A stretch of 59,803 bases of DNA from a virus (taxonomy: Duplodnaviria; Caudoviricetes). Position 1 is the stretch's first letter. The number at the start of each line of letters is the position of its first letter. The stretch lies in the IMG/VR virus record IMGVR_UViG_3300008261_000020, positions 1 through 59,803 of that record; one strand, written 5' to 3'. This document shows, piece by piece, positions 49,340-56,348 of this stretch. Made by a program: the position numbers and the translations under genes. The notes below the pieces were generated by a model, which was given only the letters and a program-made list of their open reading frames with translations, ran no database searches and was not told the origin of the DNA.

Positions 49340-50927
49340 AGGTTCTTGCCATTGTGATGATAGCGTTAGTTGACAATATTGTCGTAGCAACACTGACTGC
49401 ATTCTGCAAGGCAGAACGAGTGACCTTAAGCGGGTCAACGACACCCATCTTGATTAGGTCCCCAAACTTACCTGTTTTTAAATTATATCCATCACCATCG
49501 TTACTTAATGAGCCATACACCTCACCATACTGAACCCCTGCGTTCTCAAGTATCTGAAGTAATGGTGCACGTAGTGCATTGGAGACTATTCTAACAGCAG
49601 CCTTCTTCTCATCAGACCAACTCTCATCAATTGCAATAAGACTCTCGCTGTATAGTGCCTTACCCGCTCCCGGCAGTATACCTTCCTCTAATGCTGCCCT
49701 TACCGCACATACCGCATCGTCAATCCTATCATACAACTCTTTTTGCTCAAGGTCAGTATTGCCACCCGCAAAGATGACACCAATCCCTCCTGTCAAGGAG
49801 GCAATACGCTCAAGCAAGAAATCTTTGTCAGCCTTCCTCTTGGCAGCCTTGTGTGCGTCCCATAGTTGGGTGACTCGTTCCTGAATTTTGACAGAGTCAA
49901 TCTTCAGGTCGGACTTGAGGATAATGGTCTTATCTTTACTCACTATCACCTTAGCAGCGTGACCTAAGTCAGCGTAAGTAATGTGAGATAAATCGTCTCC
50001 GGTCTTTTCTGAGAAGTAAGTGGCTCCAACGGAGACTGCAAGGTCTTGCATTAACTCGTGTTGCTTATACCCAAAACTTGGCGGTGGTATCGCACATATC
50101 TTCAAGTTGCCTTTCATCACATTCGCAGCCAATGTGTTTACCACATTAACGTGACAAGGAGCAACTATCAAAAGCTTCTTGCCTTCGGTAATGATTGGCT
50201 TCAGTATGTTCTCAATGTTTAGGATGTTCCCTATCTCAATATCAGCTACAAGAATCATAGTGTCCTCAAAGACACACTCATCTTTCTTTTGGTCGTTGAT
50301 AAATAGCGGACTCAAATACCCCCTGTCAATTTTCAATCCCATAGTTGTCTCGGCATAAGTCTCCGAAGTCTGAGACTTCTCTACCGTTACTATACCATTC
50401 TTCCCCACCTCTTTGTATACCTCGGCAATAATCTTTCCCAACTCTTTGTCATTGTTCGCTGATATAGTAGCCACGTCAGTTAAGGTGCTGCCTGAGACCT
50501 TCTTCGAACGTCTCCGGAGGTTCTCCACCACCTTGCCACTTATCTCCACCATGTTGCGTAGCACCTCGGTACGATTATGAGTTGGAAGAAGATGCTCAAC
50601 ACCACCCATCACCAATGCCTCTGTGAGCACAATAGCGGTCGTTGTACCGTCTCCGGCAGCAGTAGCTGTACGGTCGGCTGCCTCCTTCATCATCTTGACA
50701 GAAAGGTTCTCTACGGGGTCTAACAAGTCAACCGCTTTCGCAACAGTTACACCATCCTTGGTGACAGTGATACCATGAGTATGTGTTGGTGATTCTATAA
50801 CTACCGTGTTTCCATTGGGACCCAATGTACTCTTCACAGCATTTGCAATAGCATTAATTCCTTTGATTAGTTTAGACCTACCTTCCTCTCCGAAACGTAA
50901 GTCCTTAGGTGAATATCCGATTTCCAT
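49326..50927 (-). CDS. groEL: Chaperonin GroEL (Cpn60)
   Basis: AVKSTLGPNG, VTKDGVTVAK, AGDGTTTA, ISANND, VVDPLKVTRSALQNA; no GGM tail. Confidence 0.95.
   Translation of the reverse strand: MEIGYSPKDLRFGEEGRSKLIKGINAIANAVKSTLGPNGNTVVIESPTHTHGITVTKDGVTVAKAVDLLDPVENLSVKMMKEAADRTATAAGDGTTTAIVLTEALVMGGVEHLLPTHNRTEVLRNMVEISGKVVENLRRRSKKVSGSTLTDVATISANNDKELGKIIAEVYKEVGKNGIVTVEKSQTSETYAETTMGLKIDRGYLSPLFINDQKKDECVFEDTMILVADIEIGNILNIENILKPIITEGKKLLIVAPCHVNVVNTLAANVMKGNLKICAIPPPSFGYKQHELMQDLAVSVGATYFSEKTGDDLSHITYADLGHAAKVIVSKDKTIILKSDLKIDSVKIQERVTQLWDAHKAAKRKADKDFLLERIASLTGGIGVIFAGGNTDLEQKELYDRIDDAVCAVRAALEEGILPGAGKALYSESLIAIDESWSDEKKAAVRIVSNALRAPLLQILENAGVQYGEVYGSLSNDGDGYNLKTGKFGDLIKMGVVDPLKVTRSALQNAVSVATTILSTNAIITMARTYDAK
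50260..50275. repeat. Dispersed palindrome with one mismatch (GTGTCCTCAAAGACAC)
   Basis: Inside groEL (VFEDT). Confidence 0.75.
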
Positions 50928-50950
50928 TTTAGTTAATTTAGTATGCACAA

Positions 50951-50983
50951 CAAAGTTAATAATAACGAATCAAAAATTCCAAA
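50951..50983 (-). promoter_or_regulatory. Bacteroidota promoter for groEL
   Basis: Minus strand TTTG-N21-TAACTTTG. Confidence 0.65.
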
Positions 50984-51012
50984 AATAGTTTTATGACAAT
51001 TTTATCCTTCCC

Positions 51013-51140
51013 TATATATATATATATATTTACCTCCTTTTATTATTTATTTCCCATTAGAAAGTAAAGAAAAAATCGACATAATCTATCAGTAAGTTGA
51101 ATATCAATAAGTTAGAAAAGAAAAATCGACATAAAATCTG
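51013..51140. repeat. (TA)n tract plus AATCGACA repeats (origin-like copy 2)
   Basis: AATCGACA at 51074 and 51124; similar to 1-100. Confidence 0.55.
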
Positions 51141-51207
51141 TCATCTATTACCTGATTTTCAGGTAATAAAGACAAACTTGGGGTTAGTGTTATAAGCACA
51201 CAATAAT

Positions 51208-51236
51208 AAAAACAAAGCCCCTGTAAAGACAGGGGC
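51208..51236 (-). terminator. Intrinsic terminator
   Basis: GCCCCTGT-N4-ACAGGGGC followed by TTTGTTTTT on the minus strand. Confidence 0.75.
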
Positions 51237-51263
51237 AATGAATCACACTTTAACTAACCAAAA

Positions 51264-51464
51264 CTAAAATCTCATTTTCTCTTTAAGGTCTTCCATCATC
51301 TCGGCTTTTTGCATACCAAGAGATACTGCCTCTGACATCATCTGAATCTTCTCAGCCTTCTTCAAATCCTTTTTAATCTGAGCAGCCTGTTGGATTCCTG
51401 TCATACTATTTGGTCTGTTGTTTATAAGACGACCATTCTTAATTGTCAAGTCATTGTATTGCAT
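51264..51464 (-). CDS. Hypothetical protein
   Basis: 66-aa ORF, first gene of the minus arm. Confidence 0.65.
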   Translation of the reverse strand: MQYNDLTIKNGRLINNRPNSMTGIQQAAQIKKDLKKAEKIQMMSEAVSLGMQKAEMMEDLKEKMRF

Positions 51465-51519
51465 ACTATATAGTTTGGTATAAAGGTAGGAAAAATTTTA
51501 TTCAGATAATAGTAGTGTG

Positions 51520-51840
51520 GGGGCTATATACCGGTTCTGCGTGGCGGGACCCGAACCGAAAGTGACTTTTTTTTGAGGGGGTGGGGGTCGCTTTTCGTCC
51601 GACCCTCAGCAAATTTTTGGCTTTTTGCCGTGGCAATTGTCCCCGTCCCCGTTCCCCATCCCGTATTCGCCCCTCCTTTGTTCGTTCTACGTCCCCCGTC
51701 CCGTTCAAGGTCCCACGTAATTCGCCCCCGTTCCCCCGTCTGTAGTGTCTTTGAAGACACAAAGCAAAGAGAGTAAGGAGGCTGACCCCGTCCCTTTTCC
51801 CCCGTGCTTAAACTTTCCGCCCAATTTCCCCACGCTGAAA
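51520..51840. repeat. GC-rich, C-skewed noncoding region with CCCCGT repeats; palindrome copy at 51745-51760
   Basis: Many CCCCGT/CCCGT units between the divergent arms. Confidence 0.6.
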
Positions 51841-51902
51841 CCCTTTGTTTATCAATACTTTACAAAAATCTTTCCCTATTCAAAAAAATATTTGTAAAAA
51901 AA

Positions 51903-51934
51903 TTTGGTAATGTCAAAAAGTTAGACGAGATTTG
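51903..51934 (+). promoter_or_regulatory. Putative early promoter
   Basis: TTTG-N20-GAGATTTG, one mismatch to TAnnTTTG, upstream of the first plus-strand gene. Confidence 0.55.
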
Positions 51935-51971
51935 TCAAATAATTAATCAATCACTATTAAAATTTTAAACA

Positions 51972-52634
51972 ATGAGCACACAATTACTTGCAATCGAGAC
52001 AGCCTTCCTTCGTCAGTCAGAAGTCGCATCAGCACTGAACTTGAACGAAATCAGGAGCCTTCAAAGGACAATTCAGAACGGACAGAAGAAGAAGTTCGAG
52101 CAGTCTCTTACTCTGAGCCAACACGTAAACAATGCCTTCGAGTGGTTCAAATCTGCTGAGGGTCAAAGGAAGTTAAACGAGGAGGGCATTGCTTGGACCT
52201 CTGAGCAATTCGCTCAAAAAGTATTTGGGTTTCAAAAATCTTATTTCTACAAATTGGTGAAGGTGGCGAACCTTGAGTCTGAGGTGGTTGAAACGTTCAA
52301 AGCGAAATGCGATGAACTTGAGGGTCAAGGATCTGAACCAATTCGCTCAGTGGAAAACCTCCTCAAATTTGCAAGGGCTTCTGAGGAGACGAACAACGAG
52401 GGGGAAAGTGAAGAGGCTGAGGTGGAAACCCGCACTCAAACAATTTTCACTTTGACCTTCAAACATCCCGATGGTAACATCTCGGTGCGAATAGATGAGG
52501 CGGGGCAGATGAAGACAACCAATAACACTACAGAGTTATTGAGTGCAATTAAATTTCTTCAGCACGCTATTGTTGACGCGGTGGGTCGTGAGAATATCGA
52601 GGGATGTCGTGAGTGCGGTGGTATTTACGAATAG
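51972..52634 (+). CDS. Hypothetical early protein, possible HTH
   Basis: FAQKVFGFQKSYFYKLVK helix-turn-helix-like segment. Confidence 0.7.
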   Translation: MSTQLLAIETAFLRQSEVASALNLNEIRSLQRTIQNGQKKKFEQSLTLSQHVNNAFEWFKSAEGQRKLNEEGIAWTSEQFAQKVFGFQKSYFYKLVKVANLESEVVETFKAKCDELEGQGSEPIRSVENLLKFARASEETNNEGESEEAEVETRTQTIFTLTFKHPDGNISVRIDEAGQMKTTNNTTELLSAIKFLQHAIVDAVGRENIEGCRECGGIYE

Positions 52635-52639
52635 TCAAA

Positions 52640-52663
52640 GGTGGTGTCTTCAAAGACACCGCC
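52640..52663. repeat. Hairpin containing the palindrome GTGTCTTCAAAGACAC (52644-52659)
   Basis: GGTGGTGTCTT-CA-AAGACACCGCC directly 5' of hammerhead 1. Confidence 0.9.
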
Positions 52664-52714
52664 TCCGTCCGAGAGTGATTACTCTCGCTGATGAGTCCAA
52701 TAGGACGAAACGGA
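52664..52714 (+). ncRNA. Hammerhead ribozyme, type III (HH1)
   Basis: UCCG-UC^; stem I CGAGAGU-GAUU-ACUCUCG; CUGAUGA; stem II GUCC-AAUA-GGAC; GAAA-CGGA; predicted cut after 52669. Confidence 0.95.
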
Positions 52715-52734
52715 AACCAAAAAAATCTAATCAA

Positions 52735-53622
52735 ATGGAATTTAAAATGCATGGAGCAGGACCAAACAGATGGAATGACATCGTTTCACGTGGTGTGGTT
52801 CAAGGATACCACGACAAGCCTCACCCGATTGATATTTCGGGCGGAGCGAAAGCCTCAGACATTGCAAACCTCAAGAAAGCACAAAGGGGTAACCTTATTG
52901 AGTCTTTCGGTGACTATCGTTCAAGGTTTACCATCGGGTTTGAGGTGGAGAAAAACTCCCTTCATCGTGGAGCGGTGAGAGAGTACGAGCTACTTTGTGG
53001 GTTTGAGCGTGATGGGTCTTGCGGTTACGAAGCGGTTACCCACGTGTTACCCCTTGTTCCTAACTCTCAGTGGAGAACTGCCGTATTCGATATGATGTTC
53101 AAGGCTGAGAAAATTATTTCAGACAATTATAGCCCTTCAAATTCTCAGTGCGGTGGTCACTCAAACATCGGGGTTGAGGGGTTGACGGGTGATGAACTGA
53201 GGGTCCTTATTCGCTCTTACTCGGGCATTGTTATGGCACTCTTTCGCAATAGGTTGAAAAACTCTTTCTGCCGTCACAATTTACGTATGCAGGGGGGCAC
53301 TGAGACGGGCATTTATAACGGGTGGCACTCAAAGTATCAGATGTGTTTGGTAAAGAGCAACATCGTTGAATTTAGGGTGGTGGCTAAGTTTGAATCTGTT
53401 AAGCAGATGATGAGAAGGTACGAATTGTTCTATGAATTGGTGGACTATTCGTTGAACGTGAAGGGGTCGCATAGTGCCTTCCTTAAGCGTATCACCCCCA
53501 TCATCACCTCGATGTACAACGGGGACACTGACAAGGTGAACAAGGTATTAGGGTACGCTAAGCACTTTCAAAAGTTCATCAACGACGGGTCAATCCATCC
53601 CGACATCCGACAATATCTTTAG
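52735..53622 (+). CDS. Amidoligase (COOH-NH2 ligase)-like protein
   Basis: FTIGFEVE, ERDGS, GYEAVT, CGGHSN, VEFR; start moved to the ATG after a TAATCAA leader. Confidence 0.7.
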   Translation: MEFKMHGAGPNRWNDIVSRGVVQGYHDKPHPIDISGGAKASDIANLKKAQRGNLIESFGDYRSRFTIGFEVEKNSLHRGAVREYELLCGFERDGSCGYEAVTHVLPLVPNSQWRTAVFDMMFKAEKIISDNYSPSNSQCGGHSNIGVEGLTGDELRVLIRSYSGIVMALFRNRLKNSFCRHNLRMQGGTETGIYNGWHSKYQMCLVKSNIVEFRVVAKFESVKQMMRRYELFYELVDYSLNVKGSHSAFLKRITPIITSMYNGDTDKVNKVLGYAKHFQKFINDGSIHPDIRQYL

Positions 53623-53630
53623 AGTGCGAA

Positions 53631-53681
53631 GGGGGTGTCCTTCGGGTGCGTGTCTTTAAAGACACCGCCCCGACACTCCCC
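53631..53681. repeat. Long GC hairpin capped by the palindrome GTGTCTTTAAAGACAC (53650-53665)
   Basis: GGGGGTGTC...GACACTCCC outer stem; directly 5' of hammerhead 2. Confidence 0.85.
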
Positions 53682-53730
53682 CCGTCTCAGCGTGTGTACG
53701 CTGACTGATGAGCTCAAAAGAGCGAAACGG
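53682..53730 (+). ncRNA. Hammerhead ribozyme, type III (HH2)
   Basis: CCG-UC^; stem I UCAGCGU-GUGU-ACGCUGA; CUGAUGA; stem II GCUC-AAAA-GAGC; GAAA-CGG; predicted cut after 53686. Confidence 0.95.
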
Positions 53731-53789
53731 AAATAGCCACGCGAAGCGTGTCTATCCCCCATCGGAATCACACTTTAAACCAAACCACT

Positions 53790-53876
53790 ATGTTGTTAGC
53801 AATCTTTCTCTTGTCTGTTATCGTATCATTTTTTTTAACCAACGAAATCTTACCTAAAAAAAGCAAACTACTATGA
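53790..53876 (+). CDS. Small membrane peptide (28 aa)
   Basis: MLLAIFLLSVIVSFFLTNEILPKKSKLL; ATGA overlap with the next ORF. Confidence 0.45.
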   Translation: MLLAIFLLSVIVSFFLTNEILPKKSKLL

Positions 53877-54028
53877 AACAATCAAATTCACTGAACGTCC
53901 TTTACTTAGTCATCATCCTTTGTATGTTCATCTTTGGGCTCACCTTGACCTCTTGCGGTACGCAAGGGTACGGGTGCAAGGGGAACCAATCTTGGAACAC
54001 TATGGTAAAGCGAATCAACCGAGGTTAA
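53873..54028 (+). CDS. Small lipoprotein (51 aa)
   Basis: MKQ + hydrophobic helix + LTSC lipobox; stop codon lies in HH3 stem I. Confidence 0.65.
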   Translation: MKQSNSLNVLYLVIILCMFIFGLTLTSCGTQGYGCKGNQSWNTMVKRINRG

Positions 54029-54077
54029 CTGACGAGTCTTGAGTAGACGAATCGGGGGCATTGCCCCCGACTTAACC
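54023..54077 (+). ncRNA. Hammerhead ribozyme, type I core variant (HH3)
   Basis: Stem I GGUUAA/UUAACC; CUGACGA; stem II GUCU-UGAGU-AGAC; GAA-U; stem III CGGGGGC/GCCCCCG; A-C^; predicted cut after 54071. Confidence 0.85.
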
Positions 54078-54090
54078 AAACCAAATTACA

Positions 54091-54288
54091 ATGACGCTAA
54101 AAAAATCGTACGCTTTTGACTATGACAAATCACTTGTTGAGTTCTTGAATCAGAAGGGAATCAAGACCATCACCGGTGACGCTGACATCACGCTGATTGA
54201 ACTTGAGGTATTGGGCGGGTACAACGATACCCCGTTCATTGACCTCATCCTTGAGTTCAGTGCGTGGCTGAGGCACAATCAAGGTTAA
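54091..54288 (+). CDS. Hypothetical protein flanked by HH3 and HH4
   Basis: 65-aa ORF; stop codon lies in HH4 stem I. Confidence 0.7.
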   Translation: MTLKKSYAFDYDKSLVEFLNQKGIKTITGDADITLIELEVLGGYNDTPFIDLILEFSAWLRHNQG

Positions 54289-54334
54289 CTGATGAGTCTT
54301 GAATAGACGAATCCCCCTTCGGGGGGACTTAACC
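54283..54334 (+). ncRNA. Hammerhead ribozyme, type I core variant (HH4)
   Basis: Stem I GGUUAA/UUAACC; CUGAUGA; stem II GUCU-UGAAU-AGAC; GAA-U; stem III CCCCC-UUCG-GGGGG; A-C^; predicted cut after 54328. Confidence 0.85.
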
Positions 54335-54347
54335 AAATCAAATCACA

Positions 54348-54503
54348 ATGGAATCAAGCTACCTATTCAAAATCTATTACGACAAAAGGTTCGTCTGTCT
54401 GATGGTTGCCCACACTAAATGGGAAGCAGTTGACAGAGCGTACTTTAAGTACCTCTATTTGAATCCGAATCTGAATCGTAGCAGGTTCAGTGCCAAAAAA
54501 TAA
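54348..54503 (+). CDS. Hypothetical protein (MESSYLFKIYYD...)
   Basis: 51-aa ORF read by hand, with an AAATCAAATCACA leader. Confidence 0.65.
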   Translation: MESSYLFKIYYDKRFVCLMVAHTKWEAVDRAYFKYLYLNPNLNRSRFSAKK

Positions 54504-54504
54504 A

Positions 54505-54536
54505 TTTGGCGATGTCGAATTAATGTCGTACCTTTG
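54505..54536 (+). promoter_or_regulatory. Bacteroidota promoter
   Basis: TTTG-N20-TACCTTTG, full consensus. Confidence 0.8.
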
Positions 54537-54564
54537 TTTAAATTTAGTTCATTAATCGGGTTCT

Positions 54565-54580
54565 GTGTCTTCAAAGACAC
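54565..54580. repeat. Dispersed palindrome GTGTCTTCAAAGACAC
   Basis: Lies in the leader between the promoter and the GATase start. Confidence 0.9.
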
Positions 54581-54603
54581 TACCCACAAATCAAATCAAG
54601 CCT

Positions 54604-55707
54604 ATGTGCGTAATCATTATCAAACAGAAGGGGAAACTGCTACCCAAGGAGGTCGCCAAGACCTCGGGCAGAATCAATCCACACGGGTTGGGAATTATAT
54701 GGTTGGATACCTTTGAGGTTGCCTACCATAAGTCGTCTGAGTACAAGGTATTGGACACAGAGCGTCCGTTCATTGCACACTTTCGTTATGCCACCATTGG
54801 TGCGGTAAACAAGGAGAATACTCATCCGTTCAGATGCGGTGCGAATCGCAACGAATGGCTGATGATGAACGGGACCATCGCTAAGTTGGGTGATGCCAAG
54901 AAGAGTGACTCAAGGGTTCTTGCTGAATCGTTGGGTGACATACCACGTCACACGTGGAAGAAGGAGTTGGAGAAGTACGATAGCAGGTTCGTGACAATCA
55001 ACACACGTAACCGCACGTATCAGATATACAACAGAGAGTTGTGGACACAGAGGGATGGGATATGGTATAGCAAGAACAATGTACTTGAGGATAATTTGGT
55101 TGCCGTGTATGGCACACTGAAGAAGGGGTATAGCAATTACAATCGGTTCCTAACCTCATCCAAGCACGTTGGCAAGGGACACACCGAGGACAAGTACCCG
55201 CTTATCATCAAGGGTTTACCCTACCTTCTTGAGATGAAAGGTATCGGGCACAATGTTGAGGTTGACGTGTTCAAGGTGAGTGATGTTGTGGTGAAGGAGT
55301 TGGACGCACTTGAAGGTCATCCCTTTTGGTATTGCAGAAAGCAGATACCTATCAAGATGAAAGATGGGAGGGTTCTTACGTGTTGGATATACTTTAATCT
55401 TGCCGAGAAGTACAAGGGCGAAGAGGTCCACGAGACATACACTCAGACGTTTAGCTTCATAAGTGAAGCTAAGAGTAAGAAGTGGTGGGAAGAGGATGCT
55501 GAGGAAGTATTGGAGGCTGAGCGTATAATTGGTAAGCAGTTATACCTTGACGAGTTCATTGACGATGATGAGTTCGATGTGAAGAATGAGAAGCCCGTCT
55601 GTATAAATTGTTTTCACGACCTTGAGTTCGATGGGTTCAGTAACTTTCATTGCAGTGGGTGTAATGATTGGTTCTCAGAGAACGAGGTTCTAAAGTATAG
55701 TGCATAG
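54604..55707 (+). CDS. Class II glutamine amidotransferase fused to a gamma-glutamylcyclotransferase (AIG2-like) domain and a C-terminal zinc finger
   Basis: N-terminal MC, NPHGLG, HFRYAT, NTHPF, NG, SDS; VAVYGTLK, LDALEGHP; CINC...CSGC. Confidence 0.85.
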   Translation: MCVIIIKQKGKLLPKEVAKTSGRINPHGLGIIWLDTFEVAYHKSSEYKVLDTERPFIAHFRYATIGAVNKENTHPFRCGANRNEWLMMNGTIAKLGDAKKSDSRVLAESLGDIPRHTWKKELEKYDSRFVTINTRNRTYQIYNRELWTQRDGIWYSKNNVLEDNLVAVYGTLKKGYSNYNRFLTSSKHVGKGHTEDKYPLIIKGLPYLLEMKGIGHNVEVDVFKVSDVVVKELDALEGHPFWYCRKQIPIKMKDGRVLTCWIYFNLAEKYKGEEVHETYTQTFSFISEAKSKKWWEEDAEEVLEAERIIGKQLYLDEFIDDDEFDVKNEKPVCINCFHDLEFDGFSNFHCSGCNDWFSENEVLKYSA

Positions 55708-55720
55708 TGATTAGGTTTAC

Positions 55721-55802
55721 CTCCGAGCGTTTCCACGCTTGGAGATTTACACGGGGTGCAGAATGGTCTGTCAAGTGAAGGGTTCGATTCCCTCCCCGTG
55801 TG
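55721..55802 (+). ncRNA. Hairpin plus tRNA-elbow-like element A
   Basis: Closing stem UACACGGGG/CCCCGUGUG, CAGA-AUGG-UCUG arm, T-arm AGGG-UUCGAUU-CCCU; no anticodon arm. Confidence 0.6.
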
Positions 55803-55821
55803 CTCATCAAATTCAAATCAA

Positions 55822-56052
55822 ATGTCAAAAGCAAATGTTCTAACAATTCTCGTTGCATTATTCCCATCTTATGCTTCATTGTATTGCGACCAAGTTTCAT
55901 CAGGAATTTTATTGGTACTAAGTACTATAATTTTTGGTGTGGTAACGGGTGCTAATGAAGGAGAAGAAAAAATGAAAGACAAGATTCAAATGGGATGGAT
56001 ACTCCATATTGTAGGGGTGTTCATTGTCATCGGTGTAAAAAGTATTCAGTAA
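55822..56052 (+). CDS. Small membrane protein
   Basis: Two to three hydrophobic helices; start moved to MSKAN. Confidence 0.65.
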   Translation: MSKANVLTILVALFPSYASLYCDQVSSGILLVLSTIIFGVVTGANEGEEKMKDKIQMGWILHIVGVFIVIGVKSIQ

Positions 56053-56061
56053 TTTTAATAA

Positions 56062-56085
56062 GGCGGTGTCTTCAAAGACACTGCC
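56062..56085. repeat. Hairpin containing the palindrome GTGTCTTCAAAGACAC (56066-56081)
   Basis: GGCGGTGTCTT-CA-AAGACACTGCC, intergenic. Confidence 0.9.
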
Positions 56086-56110
56086 CATTTCTAAACCTAA
56101 ACGTAAACGT

Positions 56111-56281
56111 ATGTTATCAGAACAAGAAAGACTAATGTTATTGCAAGGCACAATTGATAGAATCCTCTACCTATCCGACAATGATAGGGAGGAGTTCCTT
56201 AACTACTTAGAGACACTCTATACCCTCTATCCTATACCAAAGAAGATAAGATATGGTGCTGAAATTTTCAATGAGGAGTAA
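56111..56281 (+). CDS. Hypothetical protein
   Basis: Start moved to MLSEQ. Confidence 0.6.
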   Translation: MLSEQERLMLLQGTIDRILYLSDNDREEFLNYLETLYTLYPIPKKIRYGAEIFNEE

Positions 56282-56329
56282 TCCTCAGACTGCGATGGTC
56301 TCAGTTCGGGTTCGACTCCCGATGCAGTC
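56272..56329 (+). ncRNA. Hairpin plus tRNA-elbow-like element B
   Basis: UGAGGA-GUAA-UCCUCA; closing stem GACUGC/GCAGUC; AUGGUCU; T-arm UCGGG-UUCGACU-CCCGA. Confidence 0.6.
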
Positions 56330-56348
56330 CTCATCAAATCAAATCAAA

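Noticed and set aside
51502-51776. ORFs in the GC-rich tract
   Set aside because: Low-complexity translations of the CCCCGT repeats on both strands, with composition unlike the real genes.
52543-52734. N-terminal extension of the amidoligase ORF in the ORF track
   Set aside because: It runs through the upstream gene end, the palindrome hairpin and HH1; ATG 52735 has the typical leader.
54565-54603. GTG starts giving MSSKT... at 54565 and 56066
   Set aside because: These come from the palindrome sequence; class II GATases need Cys at position 2, which fixes the start at 54604.
55748-56329. Canonical tRNA genes
   Set aside because: T-arms are present but there is no anticodon arm or CCA and the elements are too short; reported as tRNA-like instead.
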